From Geosiphon pyriformis uo1 (lineage: Eukaryota > Fungi > Glomeromycota): DNA of 20,396 bases. The position numbers were made by a program, and so were the translations under genes. Under the pieces are notes generated by a model that did not search any database, was not told the origin of the DNA, and saw only the letters and a list, made by a program, of their open reading frames with translations. Shown here in pieces: positions 1 through 10,137 of the stretch. Location of the stretch: assembly GCA_016748015.1 (NCBI GenBank), contig JAAOMT010000329.1, positions 1-20,396 on the forward strand, read 5' to 3'. The stretch's first letter is position 1; every line of letters begins with the position of its first letter.

Positions 1-28
1 AAAAAAGAAAGAAAGAGAGAAAAAAAAA

Positions 29-754
29 AAAAAAGAAAAGAAGAGAGAAAGGAAGAAAGGGGGGACGAAAAAAGGGAAGGGAAAGAATAAAGAAAAGGAA
101 GCGATAAAGAAAGGAAGAGAAGGAAGAGAAGCGATAAAGGATGGGAAGGAATGGAAGCATTAAAGAAAAGAAAGGAAAGCAATAAAGGAAGGAAGAGCTG
201 TTTTTATATAAATTTTTTTAAATTATTACGCTATTCGTTATAAACATAGCGCTTATAACAGCAGCTCATCTTAACCAAAAAAGAATTTATAATATCGTGT
301 TGTTTTGATCATTTTTTTTTGACTGATTACAGGATCTTTAATTATTATTATTAATCACTAATCAAGATCTATCTCACACTAAAGGTGCTTAGTTCACAAA
401 ACTGCATGGGCGTAAAGCACAAACTCGGAGCCCTTAAAATTTTCCTGGGTGAGGAATTTTTTTGTCATCTCCCTGCCATATCCCTGTTATCATCATTATT
501 GTTTTGAATCTTAATTATAGAACTCATGTGTCAATGTTTGTAAGTATGGAGGGCATTATAGTAAGGAATACTATAGGCAGTGCTTCTAAAGGTGGCTTGT
601 GTTAAGGTTTTTTTTCCTCTAAACAAAATAGAAACTGATAATATCTGAAAATTCTGGCAATTTCTATTGTATGGTAAAGAGGAGTGGGTTTTCTATCAAA
701 CCTTTTTTAAAAGAGAATACGACATAATTTACCGAAATAATTTAGGTTATTTGT
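29..754 (+). repeat. Left arm of long inverted repeat IR1 (possible terminal inverted repeat of a DNA transposon); may extend beyond the window edge
   Basis: Reverse complement of about 3149-3894. For example GAAAAGAAGAGAGAAAGGAAGAAAGGGGGGACG near 35 matches 3857-3889, and CATGGGCGTAAAGCACAAACTC and GGAGTGGGTTTTCTATCAAAC are shared. Only scattered substitutions in the core; identity falls at the inner end. The outer ~200 bp is a polypurine tract. Confidence 0.95.
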
Positions 755-2239
755 AAAAATAGATAGAAAAATGTTTTGTGACCATTACTTTAAAGTCTTT
801 ACTAAAAGGAGGAAAAGTGGGAATTCTCTCAAGAACTAGAAAAGAAATTTTTTAAAAATAATTTATAACTCGTAATGTTTGTCTCCATCGTTGAATGACT
901 TGAAAATTTTATTATGCCTTTTTTTTATCTACTCATTCTATTATATTTATATATTTTATTATCATGCAAATTTTAAAAATTTCCCGAAACCAAAACAAGT
1001 GATAAAATTTAAAAAATGATGGTTTGTTACTAAAAACCACGTCAGATGCTTGAAAATAAAATATAAGTTTCAATGATTTTTAAACTTTCTAATTAGTACA
1101 GTAATTTTACCAATATAAAACTGTTAAGATTCTTAATTAATCAAATTTTACTAGTTTGTGTAAAGCATCAAATGCCAAGAAATTGAAAAAACATAAAACT
1201 TGACTAATTTTATAAATATAAAAAATGTCTGATTTTATGAGTTAGTTTTAGTTAAAAAATAAAAACTTGTACAATGAAAAAAACAAAAAATTTGGACTAA
1301 TTTTGGCTTTATAAACAATTATGTAGTATACAATAAATTATATTCAAGTAAATTTGACAAATACTTTATAATTTTTTGTTTCGTAATATTAAAAAAAATG
1401 AAAATGCTTTGAATTATAAAATAATTAATAAATTTATTAAAAATTTTAAAAAAAATAAAAACAGAATTAACATAATGTTTTTAATTTTTAGTTGTTTTGT
1501 GAACAATACAGTGTGAGTTTTGTACAATAATATTCTTGAATTTATTAGGTAAAATTTTTAATATTGATATCATAGTTATTAACAATAAAAAACAGTACTA
1601 TTTATTAATGCCAAAAATTGAGATTAGTAAACTTTTAAATACTTGGAAATTATGCTTTCAACTGAAATTTATGCAGTTTTTTGTAAATAAATTAAAGCAA
1701 AAAATAATTTTGGCTATTTGTTGCTTATTGTAGACTACAAAAACACAAAATAGCTTTATATCAAGACAGATTAAAATAATACATTAATAAATAGCAAAGT
1801 AAATAGTCATTATATAATAATAATAGAAATAATAAGAAAATTTTAACAAAGAAAAAATTTAAATACATAAAATATTTGATTAAAATATAATAAATTTCAA
1901 AATTACAGTATGAAAAATCTGAAAATAGAAGAATTATTTATAATTATTTATAAAAAATAATATAGCTATTATAATTTTATGTCTTATATAATATTTTTAA
2001 AATTTAATAAAATTATTAATTCTTTTTAATAATTGATTATTTAATAATTCAATATAATTTAACAAATACAAATTATAAAAAAAGGCATTTAATTTTTTAT
2101 TTTTAAATGTTTGGATCCAAAAAAAGATAATTAATAGAAATATTAAAATGTAAATTGATTTTTTAATGTCAAATAAATATATTTTACAGATTCAAAATTA
2201 TTTCTTATATAGCTATCAAAAAAACAAATAAAATAAATA

Positions 2240-2350
2240 AATAACTAAGTCAATAATTTGGTTAATAATTAAGATCACGATAATTGAATCAATAACTAAA
2301 TTAATAATTAAGTCATTAGTTAAGTCAATAATTAAGTTAATAATTAATTT
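2240..2350 (+). repeat. Degenerate 12-bp tandem repeat (AATAATTAAGTC-like), about 8 copies
   Basis: AATAACTAAGTC AATAATTTGGTT AATAATTAAGAT ... AATAACTAAATT AATAATTAAGTC ATTAGTTAAGTC AATAATTAAGTT. Confidence 0.75.
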
Positions 2351-2839
2351 AAACATAAAATAACAAAGAAGTTTCAATCACAATAATGCTAAAAACCGGC
2401 AAAAAAATAAGATATAATATTAAAATACTTGATTAAAAACAAGTTTGATTTGCTAAAAAGATTTTTATTACTGTCATTTATTATTTAGACTTAAATTTTT
2501 AATTAAAAACAAGTTTATTAATATATTAAAATATATTTATAGTTTAAATATAATGACCAATTTTTTTTGAATAAAACAATAAAATTACAAATATATCAAA
2601 ATTTAGTAATTTAATATTAATCTTAGTAAAATTGAAAACAAATTTTATTAATAGTTAATTGGCTAAAATAAATAATCTGTTATTAAAATATGATCTTATT
2701 ATAGAATTTATTTATTATATTTAATTTTAAAAAACAATTTTTAACAGAATTATTTAATCTATCTTTAAATTTAAATAATGTATATACAGATTAATTTTAG
2801 ATAAAAAAAGTTTAGACAATATTTAAGAAATAAAAAAAA

Positions 2840-3010
2840 TTGGAATCTAAAAGTTTTATGTATTTTTGGTGTAAAATTTGCATCAAATACTTGAAAAATA
2901 TATAAATATCAAAACAGATTTTGCTTGTTTTGGTTAATATAAGTTGTCAATATGAAATTTTCATCGAATTAAACTGAAAATCTTTACAAATGGCTCTAAT
3001 TTAAAATAAT
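2840..3010 (+). pseudogene. Possible relic of a hAT-family transposase C-terminal dimerisation region
   Basis: Frame reads LESKSFMYFWCKICIKYLKNI*ISKQILLVLVNISCQ...LN*KSLQMAL. The spacing resembles the hAT consensus FW-x5-YP-x4/5-A-x3-L-x2-P-x-S/T-x2-C if TTG codons derive from CCG by C>T decay. An LDP tripeptide (TTGGATCCA, 2111-2119) lies upstream. Weak, by-eye similarity. Confidence 0.3.
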
Positions 3011-3148
3011 ATGTTGTGTTAAGTTATGGCTTTTTTTGAAACATCAACAAAGATTTAAACATTATATTTAAACATATTATATTTTTATTTTGGTTAAGTT
3101 TAAAACAATTGTAATTGCTTTTTTATGTATACTTGAAATATTTTGGTG

Positions 3149-3894
3149 ACAAAAAAACTAAATTATTTCAGTAAATTATGACATATTTTCTTTTACAAAA
3201 AAAGTTTGATAGAAAACCCACTCCACTTTACCATACAATAGAAATTGCCAGAATTTTCAGATATTATCAGTTTCTAATTTGTTTAGAGGAAAAAAAACCT
3301 TAATACAAGCCACCTTTAGAAGCACTGCCTATAGTATTCCTTACTATAATGCCCTCCATACTTACAAACATTGACACATGAGTTCTATAATTAAGATTCA
3401 AAACAATAATGATGATAACAGGGATATGGCAGGGAGATAACAAAAAAAATTCCTCACCCAGGAAAATTTTAAGGGCTCTGAGTTTGTGCTTTACGCCCAT
3501 GCAGTTTTGTGAACTAAGCACCTTTAGCATGAGATAGATCTTGATTAGTGATTAATAATAATAATTAAAGATCCTGTAATCAGTCAAAAAAAAATGATCA
3601 AAACAACACGATATTATAAATTCTTTTTTGGTTAAGATGAGCTGCTGTTGTAAGGGCTATGTTTATAACGAATAGCGTAATAATTTAAAAAAAATTATAT
3701 AAAAACAGCTCTTCCTTCCTTTATTGCTTTCCTTTCTTTTCTTTAATGCTTCCATTCCTTCCCTTCCTTTATCGCTTCTCTTCCTTCTCTTCCTTCTCTT
3801 CCTTCTCTTCCTTTCTTTATCGCTTCCTTTTCTTTATTCTTTCCCTTCCCTTTTTTCGTCCCCCCTTTCTTCCTTTCTCTCTTCTTTTCTTTTT
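3149..3894 (-). repeat. Right arm of long inverted repeat IR1
   Basis: Reverse complement of 29-754. Carries extra copies of the CTTCTCTTC unit in its polypyrimidine tract. Confidence 0.95.
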
Positions 3895-4486
3895 CGTTCT
3901 CCCTTCCTGTCCTTATCTCTCTCTTCGTTCCTATATAAGGTGAGTTTCACTGGGTATTGTACTTGTTTAAAAGTAAAACGTTAAAAAATAAAAAAAAATA
4001 AAAATAAAAAAAAAGATTTTTTCGGAAGATAATTGTGGATCACCTCTATAATTATCTTGGACTTGTCGCGTGCACATTTTTTTTCTTGAATAATTACAAA
4101 TACAAACTTGATCATGTAACAATACTCATATATACATGTTTCTTTTTTATAGATGACTTATTTACAACAAAGTCCTTCGTTCTTCCTTCCTGTCCTTCCT
4201 TTCTCTCTCTCTCTTCGTTCCTATGTAACTTTTTTAAGGTGGGTTTTGCTGGGTATTGTACTTGTTTCAAAGTTAAAACGTTAAAAAATAAAAAATAAAA
4301 TAAAAACAATTTTTCGGAAGGAATTTGTGGCGATTCTTTAAGATAATTGTGGATTACCTCTATAATTATCTTGGACTTGTCGCGTGCACATTTTTCTTAA
4401 ATGATCGCAAATACAAACTTGATCATGTGATAATACTCATATATACATGTCTTTTTTTTATAGATGACTGATTTACGATAATGTCT
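3893..4486 (+). repeat. Direct tandem duplication of about 285/310 bp (units 3893-4175 and 4176-4486)
   Basis: Both units start TTCGTTCT(C/T)CCTTCCTGTCCTT. They share CTGGGTATTGTACTTGTTT, CCTCTATAATTATCTTGGACTTGTCGCGTGCACATTTTT and CAAATACAAACTTGATCATGT. Confidence 0.92.
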
Positions 4487-5458
4487 TTGAAAACGATAAA
4501 GGTAATTATAAAAAGTTTTTAGCATTGCTTTATTTATGTAATACTTTTCATGTACAATATTTATAAAACTTGTAATTTAATAATAACTAATAAAAAAGCT
4601 CTAAATAAATCTTCATTTTACTCATAAATAAAATTACCATTGAGATTGTGTTGAAACAGTTTATACGTTGATCTTTAATGACATTTTTAGACTTGATAAA
4701 TTTGTCAAAATATTTTGAAACTATAATATTTTACATAAGAAACTTAATAACCATTGGCTAAGACTAAATGAGGTGTAATTTATTCTATACATGACAATTG
4801 ACACACAGATTGTTTAAAATAGTATTCGCATAAACTATTATGAATCTTCCAATTATAACGACATGGATGATGCAAACTCAACTTCTTCGTCAATTCCAAT
4901 TGCTGATGCATTCAGAATTAGGAAATTTATCCCAACCAGCAATGCAATCCACAAACGCCATATTTTTATGGATTTGATTGAGGTGATTTATATTAAAACC
5001 AGTTTCTGAGAGTTAATATATAAAAAGTCTGTGTGATAAAAGACTTTCATAAATTTAATTTAGAGCCTAATCTTAATATTTGTAAAAAGCACTAATTATA
5101 AAATTATTTTCATGCAACACTTTCAATATATTTTAAAGTTTATAGAATCAGCCCACATGGGGTAGCAACTTTTAATTTGTGATTGCGTAATCACATTGTT
5201 ATGGGCACAAAAACCAGCTCCTTATTATTATTACCTAATTCTTTCACTGTGTAAAAGTAATTTTCATTGTCAAAACCTTTAATTTTTATTTACATGTTTT
5301 ATAGAGTATTTCTGGAATTTAAACATTTAGAATTCATCATTTTTTTCAATTTCAGAGATAATACTTAATTCATTTTAAATTTTTTTTTAAAAGAGTTCAA
5401 TAAATCTTTTTCCAATAAAAAGGGCGCCAAAAAATTAAGAGACCTTTTATTCTATAAC

Positions 5459-5512
5459 AATAGTAACAGTAATAATAATAATAATAATAATAATAGTGAT
5501 AATAATAATAAT
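5459..5512. repeat. (AAT)n microsatellite, imperfect
   Basis: Directly visible trinucleotide run. Confidence 0.9.
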
Positions 5513-7119
5513 GAGTTTCCTACTAACTTGAAAATAGTTACTTTTATTTAGCTTTTTTTCAAAACCTTTGTAAAAATGTATTTTTAGATTAAAAGTATCT
5601 TTTATAGTGGCCTAAACTATTTCATTATTTAATAGGATAAATAAAAGTTATGTACGATTAACGCATTTTATATTGTCTTATTGGTTTAAGATATAAAATA
5701 ATGATTTATATTCAAATTGGGAATTTAATATTTTTAACTATTAATTTATGCTATTAGACTATTAAATGTCTGTGACATGAATGTCATGGATTTTTTATTT
5801 CCGAAACCAACTTCACTGTCCGTGTTATTTTAACCGATACTTTATAATTTACAATTCACCTAGCAATATTAGCAATGGAGTATTTTTTTTCGAAAGAGAA
5901 ATTTCCAGAGAAAAATAAGGAAAATAAGAATAAAAACAGCTTTACCATAATCGCTTTTGGTTTACAAAAGACCAAATTCCCAATCTTTTGCGTTTCGTCT
6001 ACAAGATTAAGGTTATAACTGCGGGAATATTATTCTTAAGGAATTATCAAGAACTTTTTCATTTACAAGCTGCAACGCATTGCCCTTACGCCCAATGTTT
6101 TGATTTTATTGTAAATTCACACAGCATCGTTTTTATTTCAATTGAAGGAAAATACGTTTATTATAAAATATGAATTCATAATTATTAATTTTTAAATATT
6201 TAAAACTTTAAGCTACAAGAAAAGAATACAAGGTTGTATTAACAATTAATTTTTTAGCCAAAAATAACCAGACAACGTAATAGAATCACAATCATTTATC
6301 ATAAATCATTTACAAAAAAAGAAACCATGGGGAACTTTACTGTTTTTAGAATAATTAAAATTTTATTTTCAAGAATCATAAAGAAAAAATACATGAGGAG
6401 CTTTTCTTCATTTCCAAAATAGAATTTTAACTCAGATCACAATTCTAAATCGGTAAGACAACCGATTGACAGATGTCGGATTGTTTGACATGCCGCGCCG
6501 TTTGAGGTTACCGCAAAATTTTAATTAGCACTTGATTTTGGGATCTCCACACATATTGACAAAAATTTCCGATTTGTCATGAGAAAATGCATTTTGATAT
6601 ATAAAAGTGGAATTCTGTCGAACGCTTCCATTTCATGCATTCATCTGTTTAGAAAAATCTTTTGATGATAAAAGTTTCCTCACAACTCTTTCTTGTCAAA
6701 TTCCGTGGTAATCAAAGAAACGCTAAATTTTTGAAAACAAAGACTGTGACTTTTTGTTGATTACTGCAGACTAGTCCCATTCTAACTATAAGTAATAATG
6801 ATTATATGACAAAAATTTCTTTTGATAGATACATGAGAAAATATTCGTCTTATTTTCATTTGTTGCTCTAGATTATCCCATTTTGGATTAAATAGTAATG
6901 TGATCCATTTCGATGTTGCTTTTAAATGGCCTAGAATGAAATAAAGGTTTAAAAATATTTGATTCACGATTATGGTAAAATCTTTAACTTTATTTCGATT
7001 GGAAAAATTTTAATTCATTTGTGAGAGTTTAAAAAGGAAATCTTGAATTCATGCCATAATTTAATGACACATAAGAAATAAATTTAAAGTCTTTAATATC
7101 TTTTTAATAAAAATTATTT

Positions 7120-7126
7120 ATCATCA

Positions 7127-7173
<47 letters not shown>

Positions 7174-7191
7174 GTTGTTGTTGTTGTTGTT
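7120..7191. repeat. Compound microsatellite (ATC)n(ATT)n(GTT)n
   Basis: Directly visible trinucleotide runs. Confidence 0.95.
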
Positions 7192-7684
7192 TTAGATGTA
7201 TAAGAAATCCCAAGATGCAAAAGTCTTTTAAAAATTTCAAAATGAAATAAGGAAGGATTGCTTGACATATCGGGCCAAAACAGCCAATTTTAAACATTGA
7301 GCTTGATATAACACCGTTCTCATTTTGCCGTCAATATGAAGTTAATCAAACAGAAAAAAAAACTTTTATTTTGAATAGCAAAATTAAAAAGTGATACAAA
7401 AAGAATATCATCATTTACTAACTCTAAATCAATCCTTCTATCATCTCAAAAACCTTCATTAATCTATTGGGTATTAATTAATATTCTGAGCGTTATCACA
7501 TACTTTAGCAGCTAATATTTCAAATCAAAGCTGAATTCTAAATTCAATATCAATCTTAAACTTTAACAAAGCCTGATTCACAATTTCCGAAACACACCGT
7601 AAACATACGAACATCATAAAAGCAAATTTAAATAATGATAATTCAGGAAACAGGTACGAATGAACAGAACATGAACTTCAATAT

Positions 7685-8118
7685 CTATATATGCTTTATG
7701 CGTATGCGTTTTATGTGTGTGGATGAAATGTATTTACCACTGTTATTTCCGTTGTCATTACCGTTGGATCAACCGCGATGGAAGCTACTTATATATAATA
7801 TAAGGATTTCTCTTCAGGTTGTTGTTGCCATTGCTATTAACACTGGACCAACTGCGATTGAATTTACCATTGTTGTTTCCATTCCGCGATTATTGTTCCC
7901 ATTATTATTTTCGTTATCGCTTCCAAGTTTACCATTTCCATTATCACTTCCACGTTTTTTGAGCGTAATTCTCTTAGCTGCGTGCCTGACAAAAGGATCT
8001 ATCTGCCAGTCGTTGCTGCCGTAGCTATTATCGTTAGACCAACCGCGATTGAAGTGATTGTCTTGTCAACGATGTAAGAGTCGTTATGAATGATGCTAGT
8101 TCTTAAAGAAAAACCTTT
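7685..8118 (-). pseudogene. Decayed Asn/Gly-rich repeat protein gene with dibasic KR sites (possible Kex2-processed repeat-peptide precursor)
   Basis: Minus-strand fragments in different frames: HFNRGWSNDNSYGSNDWQIDP; YAQKRGSDNGNGKLGSDNENNNGNNNRG; GNNNGKFNRSWSSVNSNGNNNLKRNP; FHRG*SNGNDNGNNSGK. Three copies of TTC(A/C)ATCGC(G/A)GTTG(G/A)TC lie at about 8053, 7862 and 7783. Frameshifts and stops are present. A TATATAA box lies upstream at about 8169-8175. Confidence 0.6.
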
Positions 8119-8858
8119 CAAGTATTTGAAAAATAAGAGAGTCTATTTAATGGCTTAAGAGAGTTTGAGTTATATAATGGAAGGGATAGAGGGTAAAGTG
8201 AAGGAATGAAGAATGCGCGTTAGAAAAGATGAAACGTTAAAAATAAATGAGATGCTTTAAAATCAAAGCGTTTCAAGTATCTTATAAAGAGAATGAGGAA
8301 TCAAAAGTGTTCAGTATCTTATGAAAATGTTCATAATCAAATAACTATAAATCAATAAAAAAATAAGGAGAGGATATATTGTCTTTTTGATTTTTAAAGT
8401 CTCAAGATGCCACAAAAAATAAACAAATAACCCAACAAACATTAAAAAATTGTGAAACATTTTTAGACAAAATGACATCATTTATTGGTCAAGAAATGTG
8501 CGATTTTTTAGTTTATTCACGGATTCTCTCATCGATGATATGTGCATAATCTGGTGACAGGTCAAATTTGGATTTTCTAAAAGCTTATATATTTACATAT
8601 GATTAGTCATATGTGTTCGGGTATTAAATAAACTAATTAATAAATAGTTCAACAAAGAATGTTACACCTCAGCCAATTTGTATAATTCTCTTTTTTATGA
8701 TTTAAAGATCGGATATCGGATGTTTTCTTTGCATTTTAAAAGTAAAAATTTTTTTTAGCAATCAAATTATTAAAAAAAACACATCTCTGGAAATTGAAAA
8801 CCAAATTTACCTTACCATTTTCTCCATACAAACATCAAAGAAATAGTTGTTGTTAAAC

Positions 8859-9161
8859 ATGAATCAAAATAATCTTAAAGCAAGATATACTCAATCTACA
8901 GCTCCCCAAATTGATAGATGCCCTGATTTATGTCGAATTAATCGTGAGGTCATTAACCAATTACCAAACCAACTAATGGTGCCCAATAATCAGCAACCAG
9001 CCCCTATCAACAACCCCGCTCAAAACCCACCACCAGTACATAATAATCCTGGTGAAAATATACCAACAATTCTCGATGCGCAGAATATCGATTTTACAGT
9101 AAAAGAAGAATTCCTCGAACCAACCTTTATCTATTGCTACAGACTTACGAATCCAAAATAA
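8859..9161 (+). CDS. Hypothetical 100-aa Pro/Asn/Gln-rich protein (orphan)
   Basis: ATG in AAACATG context at 8859 and open to TAA at 9161. Locally elevated GC and natural-looking low-complexity composition (NNQQPAPINNPAQNPPPVHNNP) against a very AT-rich background. No family recognised. Confidence 0.55.
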   Translation: MNQNNLKARYTQSTAPQIDRCPDLCRINREVINQLPNQLMVPNNQQPAPINNPAQNPPPVHNNPGENIPTILDAQNIDFTVKEEFLEPTFIYCYRLTNPK

Positions 9162-9299
9162 TTATCTATAAACAATTTATATTTGACTTATGAAGCCAAC
9201 TAAACAACCAAGTCAAATAACTCAATCATTTATACATACTAATTTTATGAGAAATTTTAAATGATAGACTGATCACTATTCGACTCCTTTTTCGCGTTT

Positions 9300-10137
9300 T
9301 CTTGTGACTTTAGATGTTGAGAAAACAACATATACCCTCCTCATTTTTTTATCAATTTATAGTTACTTGATGAAGAACATTTGTAATTTCTCATTCTCTT
9401 TTATAGAAAAACTAATTTTAAAGTAACTCGTTCATTTTCAATTTCTCATCTGTTCCAGTACGCTTTCCTCATTCCTTCCCTCTACCCTCTCTCTCTCTCT
9501 CCCTCATTAAATGACTAAAACTCTCTTAAATTGATAGATAGACCCACTTATTTTCCTGTACTTGTAAGGCTTTCCTTTTAGAATTAGTACATATTCATTC
9601 TAGTCTTACATTGCTGGCAAGACCACCACATTTTCACTCACACGCATACAACACCTAAAGCATATATGAATAATGAAGTTTATGTTCTGTTCCGTTCCGT
9701 TCTGTTCTGTTCTGTTCTGTTCTATTCTGTTCATTTGTGCCTGTTTCCCGAATTATCATTATTTAAATATGCTTTGAAAATGTTCGTGTGTTTAGGTGTG
9801 ATTCGGAAACTGTTACTCAGGCTCTGTCATAGATTGAGATTGGTATTAAATTTAGAATTTAAAATCCCACTTTGATTTGAAATCCTAGCTGTTAAAGTAT
9901 GTGTAACGCTTAGAATACTAATAATTATAATATTTCTTTTTTACTTTTTAACATTTAAATAAAAAATTTAATATTTTTCTTTTGAATTCAACGTTATAAT
10001 TATATTATTATTATATCAAGTTCAATGCTTATGAAATTTAAAGTTTTTTTAAAATCAATATACCAAACAATTTTTCAAAGACTTTGTTTCTTATGACAAT
10101 AATAAAAAGAAAATTGCCATGAAGTTCAAAGATTTCC
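9300..10137 (-). repeat. Right arm of inverted duplication IR2; lacks the ~330-bp Asn/Gly repeat block
   Basis: See left arm. At about 9625-9630 the alignment jumps from the equivalent of ~8055 to ~7730. Confidence 0.88.
9684..9732. repeat. (GTTCT)n pentanucleotide microsatellite
   Basis: About 10 units. The homologous position in the other IR2 arm (about 7662-7670) has only about 2 units. Confidence 0.9.

Larger units (their letters stand above)
29..3894. mobile_element. Putative non-autonomous or decayed long-TIR (foldback-like) DNA transposon
   Basis: Long near-identical inverted arms flank a ~2.4-kb extremely AT-rich, CpG-poor, stop-riddled interior. No target-site duplication can be assessed because the left end is at the window edge. 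Confidence 0.5.
7035..8407 (+). repeat. Left arm of diverged inverted duplication IR2
   Basis: Colinear with the reverse complement of 9300-10137. Examples: ATTCTGAGCGTTATCACATACTTTAGCAGCTA vs ATTCTAAGCGTTACACATACTTTAACAGCTA; ATTTAAATAATGATAATTCAGGAAACAGG vs ATTTAAATAATGATAATTCGGGAAACAGG; TAACTATAAATCAATAAAAAAATAAGGAG vs TAACTATAAATTGATAAAAAAATGAGGAG. The outer boundary is fuzzy. Confidence 0.88.

Noticed and set aside
2240-2350. CRISPR-like or telomeric array
   Set aside because: Repeats are directly adjacent 12-mers without unique spacers, the context is eukaryotic, and there are no TTAGGG-type units.
3300-3530. 76-aa ORF in the IR1 right arm
   Set aside because: The left-arm copy lacks the ATG (CACACT vs CATGCT) and has a 1-nt indel in the T run; no recognisable protein features.
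3724-4309. Several F/L/S-rich or K/E/R-rich ORFs
   Set aside because: They arise from stop-free polypyrimidine tracts and the tandem duplication.
5988-6967. Short ORFs 5988-6173 and 6782-6967 (also 1536-1733, 9666-9875, 20043-20225)
   Set aside because: Lengths are near chance expectation, several have non-ATG starts, and none has a domain motif or consistent exon chain.
7635-8024. 129-aa plus-strand ORF
   Set aside because: It is the antisense shadow of the Asn/Gly repeat pseudogene; its L/P/F/I-rich content is what reverse-complemented AAT/GGA codons give.
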